Shown here piece by piece: positions 1-10,756 of a DNA stretch of 64,000 nt. Made by a program: the position numbers and the translations under genes. The stretch spans positions 97,443-161,442 of IMG/VR virus record IMGVR_UViG_3300028048_000057. One strand, written 5' to 3'. Position 1 is the first letter of the stretch; each line of letters starts with the position of its first letter. The stretch is from a virus (Duplodnaviria > Caudoviricetes). The notes below the pieces were generated by a model. It worked only from the letters and a program-made list of their open reading frames with translations, searched no databases and had not been told where the DNA came from.

Positions 1-1
1 T

Positions 2-1072
2 GATTGTCAACCAGTAAATCAACAACTTAATACAGAAGAAAGAAGAGTTGATACAATTGAAGATGCTATTAATTATTTAAGAAATAATAGATTTATTCAA
101 GAAAAAGTATTAGGAGATGGAATCTCTTCCTTTAACTTTACAAGAGAAGCATTCTACAAAGGTAATTGGAATAAACAAACTGTTCTTGCTAGAGGTATCT
201 TTATTGATACAATTAATAATAAAATCATGGCAAGAAGTTATGAGAAGTTCTTTAAGATTAATGAAGTTCATCAAACAGAGATGGCATCATTAAGAAATTT
301 ATTACAATTCCCAGTTAAAGCCTATGTTAAGGAAAATGGATTTTTAGCCATTGTTTCTTATGATTATAGAAATGATGATTTATTTATTGCTTCTAAATCA
401 ACTAACAAAGGTGACTATGTTGAATATATTAAAAAGCAATTAGAGCCTTATAGAGAAAATCTTCTAAACTATTTTAGAAAAGAGTATGACCATCTTTATA
501 AAGACAGTAAAGAAGTGAGTGGTATATCCTTTGTATTTGAATGTATTGATATTGAAAATGACCCACATATTATCAAATATGATTCAAGTAAAATTGTCTT
601 ATTAGACATTATTTATAATGAACTTAGTTATAGCACTTATGATTATAATTCCCTAGTTCAAATAGCATTATATTTAGGAAATTGTCCAGTTAAAGAAAAA
701 GCATTTGAACTAAAAGATTGGGATGCTTTTAGAAGTCTCTACAATCAAGTTCAAGATGAAGAATATAAATATAATGGAAATTATATTGAAGGATTTGTAT
801 TTGTAGATTCTAATGGCTTTATGACCAAATGTAAAACAGGTTATTACAATCTTTGGAAAAAGATGAGAGGTGTTTGTGATACTACATTAAGATGTGGTTA
901 TATAACAAAAACAGGAATGTTAACTTCTTCTATTGAAAATTTATTTTATGGTTTTTGTAGAGAAATTTATAATAAATATTATGATAAGGATACTAAAGAA
1001 TATCCATTTAAAACAGACATTATTTCAATGAGAGAAAGATTTATTGAACAAGGTATTGACAAATTAAACTAA
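2..1072 (+). CDS. T4 Rnl1-like RNA ligase domain (5'-truncated by the window; possibly the C-terminus of a Pnkp-ligase fusion)
   Basis: Frame is open from nt 2, upstream of the listed Met at 227; ARGIF..ARSYEKFF, motif I KENG, FE, EGFVF, KCK motifs of Rnl1-type nucleotidyltransferases. Confidence 0.8.
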   Translation, partial: DCQPVNQQLNTEERRVDTIEDAINYLRNNRFIQEKVLGDGISSFNFTREAFYKGNWNKQTVLARGIFIDTINNKIMARSYEKFFKINEVHQTEMASLRNLLQFPVKAYVKENGFLAIVSYDYRNDDLFIASKSTNKGDYVEYIKKQLEPYRENLLNYFRKEYDHLYKDSKEVSGISFVFECIDIENDPHIIKYDSSKIVLLDIIYNELSYSTYDYNSLVQIALYLGNCPVKEKAFELKDWDAFRSLYNQVQDEEYKYNGNYIEGFVFVDSNGFMTKCKTGYYNLWKKMRGVCDTTLRCGYITKTGMLTSSIENLFYGFCREIYNKYYDKDTKEYPFKTDIISMRERFIEQGIDKLN

Positions 1073-1109
1073 AAAATATTACTATATTAAATAGGAGGTA
1101 ATTAGTGAT

Positions 1110-2003
1110 ATGAGTATAATAGACCAAATGTATTCTAATTTTTGTAGATGTGCTAGAACTATTCCAGGTTTTAAGATAGGCCAAAAAGAAGATGTTAATT
1201 ATGATATTACAGATTTAGCAAATGCTTATATTAAAGCCTATGATGAAAATGACCAAGAAGGCATGAATAGATATATTAGTGCTCTTATGGTTAGGTATTG
1301 GCATATGGTTCCTTATTTATGGGATAAAAGCAAATCATCCAAATTAAGCATGGAAGACATGGTTATGTGGATTTATGAGGGTTTTGCTAAGGCATTCAAA
1401 TATAGAAGTTGGTTAGACCCTAATAAAGAAGTAAGTAAAGACCCAAAGGGAGCAGAAAAATGTTTCAATCAATGTATTACAAGTGTAAGACAATATTGGT
1501 ATAGACATTTTAATACTAATCAATCAAAAGTAAACTATATAGCGTCTTCTTTAGATTCTATGTATGAAACTTTAGGGGATTCTTTTGATGATGGTCTTCC
1601 TCAAGAAGATATGTATGATAGTGCAAATAATTGTAGAGATATTATTTTAATGTTAGTTAAAGAAAACAAAATATTTGAGGCTATCTTAATGGATAGAATT
1701 TGTTTTGAAGATACATGTAAAGAGCATAAGCATACAAAACAAATTAAGATTGTTTCAGAAGAAGGGGAATCTTTTGAGGATGCAACTTCCTATAGTTATT
1801 CATTGGATAATAAGAAAATAATTTCATCTTTAAAGTCAATTGATAATAATTATATTTTAGATTTTAGTAAAACTTATGGAGTTAATCCTCAAGAAGTTAC
1901 TTTAACTTTAAACAAATATACTAAAAAGAATATTTCTAATAATATTCAAGAAGCACTTATAAGAGTTAGAAATGATAAAAAGGTGATGTCAGTATTATGT
2001 TAA
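1110..2003 (+). CDS. Putative phage sigma-factor-like protein
   Basis: Region-2-like pattern (ALMVRYWHMV..MEDMVMWIYEGFAKAFKY..FNQCIT..ASSLD); RBS AGGAGG; TTGACA upstream at 1056. Confidence 0.5.
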   Translation: MSIIDQMYSNFCRCARTIPGFKIGQKEDVNYDITDLANAYIKAYDENDQEGMNRYISALMVRYWHMVPYLWDKSKSSKLSMEDMVMWIYEGFAKAFKYRSWLDPNKEVSKDPKGAEKCFNQCITSVRQYWYRHFNTNQSKVNYIASSLDSMYETLGDSFDDGLPQEDMYDSANNCRDIILMLVKENKIFEAILMDRICFEDTCKEHKHTKQIKIVSEEGESFEDATSYSYSLDNKKIISSLKSIDNNYILDFSKTYGVNPQEVTLTLNKYTKKNISNNIQEALIRVRNDKKVMSVLC

Positions 2004-2725
2004 ATGCTTTAGACGCTTCAAATTATTTTCAATTTAATATAATTGCAGCACAAATTCTAGGTCTTAACAATGCTATTTATTGTTCAGAAGTTATTAATAT
2101 TTATCAAAAGGCCAAGAAAAAGAAAAAATTATATGATGATTTTTTCATTGTAAATAGAAATTACATTACACATAGAACCACTTTAGACATTACTACTCAA
2201 TATGAGTGTGATGCTTCTTTAAAAAAGGTGGGAATCATTTATATATCTAAAGATAATCCTGATATGATAAAATTAGATTATGAAAAATTTGTTCAAATAG
2301 TTACAGAAGAAGATTATAAATTCTTAAAAGAAGTAACTAAAAAAGCAAGAACAGTAACTCCTAGTGAAGTTAAAGAGGCTAAGAAGAAAAAGACTATAGA
2401 ATCTCTTCAAGAGAAAGTTAATAGTGGTAATGCTAATATAGATATGGCTTTAAGGCATTGGATTGAAGTTACTTGTGAAAAAACATTTATATCTAATGAT
2501 ACTGTAATGGATTTTCAAAATGTATTAATGCAATATGCAAAAGTAGATACTAAGAAGGCTTTGAGAATTATAGAAATTGCTACTTCTCAAGCATGGACCT
2601 CTATTGTTCAAGCAATTTCTTCTTTTGAAAAAGAACAAGAGGTATTAAATAAAGTAAATAATTTACCTAGAGTATCAAACATAAAAAGAGGCTCCTCTAA
2701 AAATTTAAGTAAAGAAGTTTATTAG
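1997..2725 (+). CDS. Putative replication initiator (N-terminal winged helix)
   Basis: AAQILGLNNAIY..FF..YITHRTTL pattern typical of phage initiators; directly upstream of loader/helicase/primase. Confidence 0.5.
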   Translation: MLNALDASNYFQFNIIAAQILGLNNAIYCSEVINIYQKAKKKKKLYDDFFIVNRNYITHRTTLDITTQYECDASLKKVGIIYISKDNPDMIKLDYEKFVQIVTEEDYKFLKEVTKKARTVTPSEVKEAKKKKTIESLQEKVNSGNANIDMALRHWIEVTCEKTFISNDTVMDFQNVLMQYAKVDTKKALRIIEIATSQAWTSIVQAISSFEKEQEVLNKVNNLPRVSNIKRGSSKNLSKEVY

Positions 2726-2747
2726 GTGTATAATAAATTGATATAAT

Positions 2748-3434
2748 ATGGAAAAAGTAATATTAGAAGAAAATAAAAATTGTTGGTTATGTAAAGAATG
2801 TAATCATATTGATTGTGATAAGTTTTGTCTTAGAAGATTTAAACTTGATTGTCTTTACAATGAAGCACTAGTATCTCTTAAACAAAGAACTAGAATTCCT
2901 TTAAGATTAGATGGTGATGAATTAGACAAAGATAATTTTGATTATCTTTCTACCATTGAGAAAAATATCCTTAATTTTGTAAAAGAAGGAGGTAGTCTTT
3001 ATATCTATTCATCTACTACAGGGAATGGAAAAACTTCTTGGGCTTTAAGAATGATTCAATCATATTTGAATAAGATTTGGTATGATAGTGAATTAGTTTG
3101 TAGGGCTTTGTTTATTAATGTTCCTAGATATTTATTGGCTCTTAAAGATAACATTTCAGAGAAGAGTGAATATGTTACTCATATTAAAGAAAATGTATTG
3201 AATGCAGACCTTGTTGTTTGGGATGAAGTAGGAACTAAAGGATTGACTCAATTTGAACATGAAAATATTTTAAATATTATTAATGCTAGAATTGATTTAG
3301 GTAAAGCCAATATCTATACCTCTAATCTTAGTGATGAAGAATTACATCAAGCAGTTGGAGATAGACTTTATTCTAGAATTGCCATTTTAAGTGATGGTGT
3401 TGAATTATTTGGCAGTGATAAAAGAGCATTATAG
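2748..3434 (+). CDS. dnaC: DnaC/IstB-like ATPase, helicase loader
   Basis: Walker A TGNGKT, Walker B VVWDEVG, TSN, DRLYSR; N-terminal Cys cluster. Confidence 0.85.
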   Translation: MEKVILEENKNCWLCKECNHIDCDKFCLRRFKLDCLYNEALVSLKQRTRIPLRLDGDELDKDNFDYLSTIEKNILNFVKEGGSLYIYSSTTGNGKTSWALRMIQSYLNKIWYDSELVCRALFINVPRYLLALKDNISEKSEYVTHIKENVLNADLVVWDEVGTKGLTQFEHENILNIINARIDLGKANIYTSNLSDEELHQAVGDRLYSRIAILSDGVELFGSDKRAL

Positions 3435-3448
3435 GGAGGACTTAAATT

Positions 3449-4726
3449 ATGATACAATTACAATTTATTAATAAGATTCTCTCTACTAGAGATTCTTCAC
3501 TTATTGAATTAAATAATTTGACTAGTGATTATTTTTGTGATTACAAAAGTGAATTTAATTTTATTAAAAATCATTTAGATTTGTATGGAAATATTTGTGA
3601 TTTGCCTACATTTTTAAGTAACTTCCCAAATTTTGAAGTTATTGAAGTGTTAGAAAGTGATGAATATTTAATCAAGGCTTTAATTGATGATTATAATGCT
3701 AGAAAGATGAGTGATACTTTTAATGCAATTAAACCACTTGTTTTAAATGGTCAAATTGATAAGGCCATTGATATTTATAGACAGATGGGTGAATCTTTAA
3801 ATAAAGGAGTTTCACTTAAAACTGTAGATTTATTGCATGACACAAGTAGATATGATAGATTTTTAGATAAAACAGAAAATTTTAATAAGTATTATATATC
3901 TACAGGTTTTCCAGAACTTGATGAAGTTATTGGAGGATTTGATAGACAAGAAGAATTGGCTACTATTGTTGCTAGAACAAATTATGGTAAATCATGGATT
4001 CTTTTAAAATGTGCCACAAGTGCTTGTGAACAAGGTTTAAGAGTTGGTTTATATAGTGGTGAAATGAGTGCAGATAAAGTTGGATATAGAGCAGATACTT
4101 TAATTGGACATATTAGTAATGGTGCTCTAACTCATGGTAATGTAGATTTTCAAGTTGAATACAAAAGATATATTGATTCTTTACATGAAAGATTTCCAAA
4201 TGCTGTACTTAAAGTACTAACTCCAGATAGCATTAATGGACCAGCAGATGTTAATGCTCTTAAAGTATTCATGGAAAAAGAAAAATTAGATATTCTTTTT
4301 ATTGACCAACTATCCTTATTAGAAGATATGAGACATGGTAGGACAGACCCAGAAAAAGCAGGAAACATTATTAAAGATTTAAAAAATCTTCAAGTAATGA
4401 AACATATTCCTATTATTTGTGTTTCTCAACAAAATAGAACTACAAGTGAAAATGGTGTGGACACAACTCAAATTGCAAATAGTGATAAGATTGGTCAATA
4501 TTCTACAGTTGTAATCTTTATTGAGAAAAAAGATTATGTAATGAAACTTACTATTGTAAAATCAAGAGATAGTGAAAATGGTAAAGTGTTAACTTATAAT
4601 GTAGATTTAAACAAAGGTGATTTTACATATGTCCCAAGTGAAAAAGATGGTATTAAGGGTAAAATTATTAAGGAAGAATTTGTAAAAAGATATGAGTCTA
4701 GAGATGATGGAGGAGATTACTTTTAA
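3449..4726 (+). CDS. dnaB: Replicative DNA helicase (DnaB family)
   Basis: STGFPELD..GG, ARTNYGKS, SGEM, FIDQL, SQQNR, KSR motifs. Confidence 0.92.
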   Translation: MIQLQFINKILSTRDSSLIELNNLTSDYFCDYKSEFNFIKNHLDLYGNICDLPTFLSNFPNFEVIEVLESDEYLIKALIDDYNARKMSDTFNAIKPLVLNGQIDKAIDIYRQMGESLNKGVSLKTVDLLHDTSRYDRFLDKTENFNKYYISTGFPELDEVIGGFDRQEELATIVARTNYGKSWILLKCATSACEQGLRVGLYSGEMSADKVGYRADTLIGHISNGALTHGNVDFQVEYKRYIDSLHERFPNAVLKVLTPDSINGPADVNALKVFMEKEKLDILFIDQLSLLEDMRHGRTDPEKAGNIIKDLKNLQVMKHIPIICVSQQNRTTSENGVDTTQIANSDKIGQYSTVVIFIEKKDYVMKLTIVKSRDSENGKVLTYNVDLNKGDFTYVPSEKDGIKGKIIKEEFVKRYESRDDGGDYF

Positions 4727-5715
4727 TGGGTGATTTAATCATTGATAATCATATTATAGATACTCCTATTGAAACAATTCTTAATCAACTCAAAAAAGAA
4801 TTAACCAATGGGAAGTTAAGCCAAATTGAAAAGAAGGGAGACAATTTTTGTGTCACTTGTCCTCATCATAAAGGTGGACAAGAATCTAGACCTTCTTCTT
4901 ATGTTTATTGTGGAAGTGACCCTAATATTGAATATGGATATTATCATTGTTTTACTTGTGGAGAACAAGGAAGTCTTTGGCATTTTGTAGCAGAATGCTT
5001 TGATAAAAGTGATGAATTTGGAAAGAAATGGTTATTAAATAGATTTGGAAATACTTTTGTAGAAAATACTATTAAATTCCCAGATTTTGATTTGTTGCAA
5101 AAAAATGATTTGTTGCATAAAGATGAAACAAAAGAAATAGATGAAACAATTTTAGATAATTATCAATCTTGGCATCCATATATGGCTAAAAGAAAATTAT
5201 CTAGAGATGTTTGTGAAAAATTTAAAATTAAATATGACCCTAAAGGAGAACATATAGTGTTTCCTTGTTGGGATGAAAATGACAAACTTGTAATGTGTAC
5301 TAGAAGGAGTGTACATACAAAACAATTTTTAATTCCTAAAGATGTAGAGAAACCAGTATATTTACTTAATGTTATTAAAAGAAATAATATAAATGAAGTA
5401 ACCATTTGTGAAAGTCAAATAAATTGTCTTACTCTTTGGGGTTGGGGAATTCCTTCTTGTGCTTTATTTGGTACAGGGACTTCTCATCAATATGAAATTT
5501 TAAATAAAAGTGAAATTAAACACTATTATTTATGCTTTGATGGTGATGATGCAGGTGACAAAGGAATTAGAAGATTCCTAAAGAATATTAGAAAAGATGT
5601 TTTTGTGGATATTATTCTAATGATTAGAGGAAAAGATATAAATGACCTTACTCAAGAAGAATTTGATAAATTAGAAATTATAGATAAATCAGAATGGTTG
5701 AGGAGGAATAAATAA
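4726..5715 (+). CDS. dnaG: DNA primase (CHC2 zinc finger + TOPRIM)
   Basis: CPHH..HCFTC zinc-binding domain; TOPRIM CES..FDGDDAG..KDIND. Confidence 0.9.
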   Translation: MGDLIIDNHIIDTPIETILNQLKKELTNGKLSQIEKKGDNFCVTCPHHKGGQESRPSSYVYCGSDPNIEYGYYHCFTCGEQGSLWHFVAECFDKSDEFGKKWLLNRFGNTFVENTIKFPDFDLLQKNDLLHKDETKEIDETILDNYQSWHPYMAKRKLSRDVCEKFKIKYDPKGEHIVFPCWDENDKLVMCTRRSVHTKQFLIPKDVEKPVYLLNVIKRNNINEVTICESQINCLTLWGWGIPSCALFGTGTSHQYEILNKSEIKHYYLCFDGDDAGDKGIRRFLKNIRKDVFVDIILMIRGKDINDLTQEEFDKLEIIDKSEWLRRNK

Positions 5716-6452
5716 TGTTAGATTATTCTAGATTTAATGAAATTAGGTTTTGGTCCCCTAGTGCTTCTTTAGAGGAGAGTATTGAGGAGGCAAGAATACT
5801 TGAATTAAGTAAAGCCAAATATGCTTTGGATGAAACACAAAAAAGAATTGAAATGGCAAGTAAGAAACAAGAAGTAATTGATAATCTTACTTATGAAAAG
5901 AATTTAATTCTTAGAGATGCTATGCTTGCTATTAAAGAAGATATTGCTCAAAGTTATTATAATGTCTTTAAATTTTTTATGCCTAATAATATATTAGGAA
6001 AAGCATGGAAATATTCTATGTTTAAAAATCAAAATAGATTAAAAGAAATAGAAGAATCATATAAAAAAGACCCTAGCGAGGGTTATTCTCTAAAAGATTA
6101 TAAAAATAGTTTTGATTTTGTTATTAATACAATTAAAGATAGATTAATACCAGATAAGTATAAAAAAGAATCTAAATTAATTGAAATCATTGATAGCAAT
6201 TATGCTACAACATATGAGTTCACATTTAATTATAAAAATGTAGAGTTCATTGTTTGTATTCCTATTTTTGAAAATGCCAATATAAACAATTATTCAGAAT
6301 TATTAAATGGGTATGTGTTAAGATTTCATGAGAGTAAATATTGTGTAGGATATGCATTCCATGCATTAAATCCAGATGAATTTAAAGAAAAATTAGAAAA
6401 ATGGTTAGATGAAAAATTAATTAGTGAAAAGGAGGCCTCTTCTAATGAGTAA
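5715..6452 (+). CDS. Hypothetical protein
   Basis: 245-aa ORF translationally coupled to primase; RBS GAGGAGG. Confidence 0.6.
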   Translation: MLDYSRFNEIRFWSPSASLEESIEEARILELSKAKYALDETQKRIEMASKKQEVIDNLTYEKNLILRDAMLAIKEDIAQSYYNVFKFFMPNNILGKAWKYSMFKNQNRLKEIEESYKKDPSEGYSLKDYKNSFDFVINTIKDRLIPDKYKKESKLIEIIDSNYATTYEFTFNYKNVEFIVCIPIFENANINNYSELLNGYVLRFHESKYCVGYAFHALNPDEFKEKLEKWLDEKLISEKEASSNE

Positions 6453-7203
6453 AAATAATACATTATATAATCCTTATCCTAAAGAATTGATAAGTGATGT
6501 TGTTTGTCCAAAATGTGGTGGGGAAGCAACTATAGATACTTCAATGATACTAACTTCACACCCACCAAAATATAAATGTGTTTGTAAAAAGTGTGGACAT
6601 GTTTTTTACACTGAAAGTTTAATAGGAAGTAAAGTAGTACCACAAGAAAACAATGATTATAATAAATTTGAATATGTTTCATGGTCTAAAAAAGAATTTG
6701 CTCTCCCTCAAAGAGCAACAAAAGGAAGTGCTGGTTATGACTTTTTCTCTCCAATAGAAACTACAATATATCCAGGTGAAACGAAAGAATTTTCATTAGA
6801 AGTTAAATGTAAAATTAAACAAGGGGAATTTTTAATGATTCCACCAAGAAGTAGTTTAGGATTTAAAAGGGATAATCATGTTGCTTTAACAAATACAATA
6901 GGAATTATAGATAGTGATTATTATAATAATGAAGACAATGAAGGTGAAATTAGATTAAGATTACATAATTTTGGAAATAGTCCATTTGTAATTAAAAAGG
7001 GAATGGCCTTAGTTCAAGGTATATTCTTAAAGTTTGACACTACCATTGATGATTGTCCAAGAGAAAATGAAAGAGTAGGTGGATTAGGTTCTACTGATAA
7101 ATTATTTAATTTTATGAATCAAATATTTACTGAAAATGGTACAATTAGAGTGTATAATAATGTAGAAACAAAGGAGAATAATAAATGTCTAGAAAGAAAA
7201 TAA
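6445..7203 (+). CDS. dut: Trimeric dUTPase with N-terminal zinc ribbon
   Basis: GSAGYD, PRSS, GIIDSDY, RVGGLGST motifs; CPKC..CKKC N-terminal extension; ATG 6445 after AGGAGG. Confidence 0.9.
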   Translation: MSKNNTLYNPYPKELISDVVCPKCGGEATIDTSMILTSHPPKYKCVCKKCGHVFYTESLIGSKVVPQENNDYNKFEYVSWSKKEFALPQRATKGSAGYDFFSPIETTIYPGETKEFSLEVKCKIKQGEFLMIPPRSSLGFKRDNHVALTNTIGIIDSDYYNNEDNEGEIRLRLHNFGNSPFVIKKGMALVQGIFLKFDTTIDDCPRENERVGGLGSTDKLFNFMNQIFTENGTIRVYNNVETKENNKCLERK

Positions 7204-7367
7204 ACACAATTCCAGATTTTATTTCATTGATAGGTAAAGATAATAAACTCAATTCTAGTCTAGTTGAAGATACTTTAATTAATAATGATAGATTTTATGT
7301 TAAAGATATTTATGGAATGATTTTTAGAATTGATGAAAAAACATACAAACTTTTAAGGGAGGAATAA
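7185..7367 (+). CDS. Small hypothetical protein
   Basis: 60-aa ORF with AGGAG RBS and GTGTATAAT at 7150. Confidence 0.55.
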   Translation: MSRKKINTIPDFISLIGKDNKLNSSLVEDTLINNDRFYVKDIYGMIFRIDEKTYKLLREE

Positions 7368-7372
7368 TTTAA

Positions 7373-8257
7373 ATGGTTACAGGTATGTATTCATATGAGA
7401 CTTATGCAAGTGCAAAGTCTAAAGAAAAAGAAACAAAAGAAACCTCTGAAAAACCTAGAGGTAGTGTGGGCTATTTTAAACTCATGGATGATGGTGATGA
7501 AGCCATTGTAAGATTTGTTTATGATGACCCAAAGGAATTAGTAATGGCTCATGTTCATGATGAACCAGTAGGTAAGAATAAGCATAGAAGAATCTTATGT
7601 TTAAGAGAAAATGCAAGAGATGATACAGAAAAATGTCCTCTTTGTGCAAGAGGAGATAAATACTTTGCAAAAGTTTATCTTAAATTAATTGAATACACTA
7701 AAGATGAAAATGGTAAAATTATTCATCAAGCAAAGATTTGGGAAAGACCAGAATCATTTGCAGACACCATTGTTGAATACATCAATAATTATGGTGGTTT
7801 AAAAGATACTGTATTTAAAATTAAAAGAAAAGGTATTAGAGGAAGTACAGACACTAATTATATTTTAACACCATTACCATCTACTGTTTTTACAGAAGAA
7901 AGTGGATATATTAAAGACTTTAGTGATTTTGATAAATTCTATTTTTATCCTCATTCATTTTTAAGTAAAACTAAAGAAGATATTGAAGAATATATTAAAA
8001 CAGGTGAATTCCCATTCCATAAAAAAGATGGAAGCACTCCAACCACAACACCTACAACTCCAAAAGAATCCACTTCAGTAGTTGAAGAAGTGGTTGTTAA
8101 GGAAGAACCAAAAGGAATTGAACCACCTACATCAGTAGTTACAGCACCAGTTGGTGGTCAAGCAACTTCTTCCACAATTCCTACAACTAATACTCAAAGT
8201 GGAGATACAAATAATCCTTTAATGGATAGACCAAGAAGAAGATATGATTATAAATAA
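7373..8257 (+). CDS. Single-stranded DNA-binding protein (T4 gp32-like)
   Basis: YFKL.DDGDEAIVRF, H..C..CPLC zinc site, KIKRKG..T.Y; long T/P-rich tail; directly upstream of polymerase. Confidence 0.75.
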   Translation: MVTGMYSYETYASAKSKEKETKETSEKPRGSVGYFKLMDDGDEAIVRFVYDDPKELVMAHVHDEPVGKNKHRRILCLRENARDDTEKCPLCARGDKYFAKVYLKLIEYTKDENGKIIHQAKIWERPESFADTIVEYINNYGGLKDTVFKIKRKGIRGSTDTNYILTPLPSTVFTEESGYIKDFSDFDKFYFYPHSFLSKTKEDIEEYIKTGEFPFHKKDGSTPTTTPTTPKESTSVVEEVVVKEEPKGIEPPTSVVTAPVGGQATSSTIPTTNTQSGDTNNPLMDRPRRRYDYK

Positions 8258-8271
8258 TTAGGAGGTATTTA

Positions 8272-10725
8272 ATGTTTAGTGAAAATTTATTTGGTGATGA
8301 CTTTCCTTTAGAAGATAAAGAAGAAACAAGTAAACTTTTAAAGAAAGCCAAAGAACCAAAAAAGGCAAAAACTAAAAAGGTTGTTGACCCTACACTAGCA
8401 TTACATGATAAACTCTTAGTTATTGAGCAAGAAGTGTACAGAATACTAGGTAGGCATAAAGAGGATACCTTAGTTATTAAGTCTTATGATGACTTTGTTA
8501 AGTACATTGATGCAATTATTCAAAAGGGCATTTGTGCTCTAGATACAGAAACAAATAACTCATTAGACCCACATACATGTAAGTTGATGGGTCTTTGTTT
8601 ATATACATATGGTCAAAAACAAGTATATATTCCTTGTAACCATGTAGATATATTTACCAAGGAGAGATTCTCATGGCAAATTAATGAGCAACAAATAAAG
8701 GAACAAATGCAAAGACTTTTAGACAACAATGTTAAAATTGTCTATCACAATGCCTCTTTTGATATTAGAGTAGTTCAATGTACTTGTGGTATTGAAATGT
8801 CTTATTATTGGGATACACAAGTTGCAGCAAAAATATTAAATGAAAATGAAGAATCTAAGTTGAAAGTTCAATACAAATTACATATTGACCCAACTCATGA
8901 AAAATATGATATAGAAGGACTTTTCCAAAAACTTCCATATGAATTAGTTGACCCAGATTTATTTGCCTTGTATGCAGCAACAGATGCTATGATGACACTT
9001 AAATTATATGATTATCAATTAAAGGAATTCTCAAAAGAAGAAAATAAAAAGATTTATGATTTATTGTTAACTGTAGAGTTCCCATGTATTCAAGTTGTTA
9101 AGGATATGGAACTTGAAGGTATTGAAGTAGATTTAGATTTTTGCCATAGAATCCAAACTAAATATCATGGAATATTAGATGGCTATGATGCTAAAATTCA
9201 AATTGAATTAGAGAAATTACTTCCTAAGATTAATGAATGGAAACTTAGTGAAGATGGTCAAGTAAAGGTAGGTAAGAAAACAAAAGCAGAACAACTTACA
9301 GACCCAATCAACTTAGATTCATCTACACAATTAGCAATTATTGTTTATGATGTATTAAAAGTACCAACAACATATGGAATTAAAGGGCCAAGAAGTGTGG
9401 ATAAAGATACAATCCCATTAATTTTAGAGGATTATAAGATTCCACTATTAGAAGTATTTAATGAAAAGAAAGTCTATCAAACATTAGTTAATAACTTCCT
9501 AGATAAGATTCCAGAGATGGTCAATCCTAATACAGGAAGAGTTCATTGTTCTTTCAATCAAGTTGGAACAGTTACAGGTAGATTCTCTTGTAGTGACCCA
9601 AATCTTCAACAAATTCCATCCCACAACCATGAAATTAGATTAATGTTTAAAGCAAGAGATGGTTATACTTTAGTTGGTAGTGACTTTTCACAACAAGAAC
9701 CAAGATTACTTGCATTCTATTCTCAAGATGATGATATGATGAGAAACTATGCAGAAGGTAAAGACTTATATGCACTTATTGCAATGAAGGTTTATCACAA
9801 CAATTATGAAGAAAATCTTGAGTTCAATCCTATTACAGGACAAAGGAGTGAAGAAGGTGCTAGAAGAAGAAGTATTTGTAAACAAGTTCAATTAGCCATT
9901 TCTTATGGTATGTCTACTAAATCATTAGCAAATAAAATTGAAACTAGTGAAAAAGAAGCCCAAGGAATTATTGATGGTTTCTATAAAGGATTTCCTAAAG
10001 TTAGAAAATGGACAGATGAAACTATTGCTAATGCCAAAAAGACAGGTTATGTAGAAGATTGGCATGGTAGAAAAAGAAGACTTCCAAATCTATTACTACC
10101 TAAATATACCATCAAATTAGTCAATAATGATGAGGAATCTAACTTCAACCCATTTATAGGTTGTTCAAATAGAGAAATTGATGAAGCAAGTTTGAACAAA
10201 TATCAAGAATTACTTTCTAAGGCAAAATGGTATAAAGATGTTAAAAAGATTAAAGACCAAGCCTATCAAGAAGGAATTTCTATTATATCTAATAATACTC
10301 TTATAGGTAAATCAGAGAGACAATGTGTTAATGCTAGAATCCAAGGTGGAGCAGCAACTATGACTAAAGTTGCTATGATTAAAATCTATAATGATGAAGA
10401 AATGAGAAAACTTGGATTTAAACTTTTAATTGGTGTTCATGATGAATTGATTGGTGAATGTCCAAAGGAAAATCAAGATAAAGTTGCAGAAAGATTATCA
10501 TATTTAATGAAAACATGTATTAGTGATGTATGTAATGTTGGATTCAAGTGTGATGCTGATGTAAGTGAAAGATGGTATTGGAACCCATATATTTCAGGTC
10601 TTGAAAAAGAAATTAAAGATTTTATAAAAGAAGAACACTTGACAAGAGAAGAAGCAATTGATAAAGTTGTTATAGAACACACTGAAATGCCAGAAGATAT
10701 TCTTAGAAACACTTTAGGTGTATAA
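8272..10725 (+). CDS. polA: Family A DNA polymerase with 3'-5' exonuclease
   Basis: Exo I DTET, Exo II HNASFD, Exo III YAATD; TGRFSCSDPNLQQIP, DFSQQEPR (motif A), R..K...ISYG (motif B), VHDE (motif C). Confidence 0.95.
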   Translation: MFSENLFGDDFPLEDKEETSKLLKKAKEPKKAKTKKVVDPTLALHDKLLVIEQEVYRILGRHKEDTLVIKSYDDFVKYIDAIIQKGICALDTETNNSLDPHTCKLMGLCLYTYGQKQVYIPCNHVDIFTKERFSWQINEQQIKEQMQRLLDNNVKIVYHNASFDIRVVQCTCGIEMSYYWDTQVAAKILNENEESKLKVQYKLHIDPTHEKYDIEGLFQKLPYELVDPDLFALYAATDAMMTLKLYDYQLKEFSKEENKKIYDLLLTVEFPCIQVVKDMELEGIEVDLDFCHRIQTKYHGILDGYDAKIQIELEKLLPKINEWKLSEDGQVKVGKKTKAEQLTDPINLDSSTQLAIIVYDVLKVPTTYGIKGPRSVDKDTIPLILEDYKIPLLEVFNEKKVYQTLVNNFLDKIPEMVNPNTGRVHCSFNQVGTVTGRFSCSDPNLQQIPSHNHEIRLMFKARDGYTLVGSDFSQQEPRLLAFYSQDDDMMRNYAEGKDLYALIAMKVYHNNYEENLEFNPITGQRSEEGARRRSICKQVQLAISYGMSTKSLANKIETSEKEAQGIIDGFYKGFPKVRKWTDETIANAKKTGYVEDWHGRKRRLPNLLLPKYTIKLVNNDEESNFNPFIGCSNREIDEASLNKYQELLSKAKWYKDVKKIKDQAYQEGISIISNNTLIGKSERQCVNARIQGGAATMTKVAMIKIYNDEEMRKLGFKLLIGVHDELIGECPKENQDKVAERLSYLMKTCISDVCNVGFKCDADVSERWYWNPYISGLEKEIKDFIKEEHLTREEAIDKVVIEHTEMPEDILRNTLGV

Positions 10726-10756
10726 TAAATTGAAATGAAAGGAAAAAATTTTAAAG

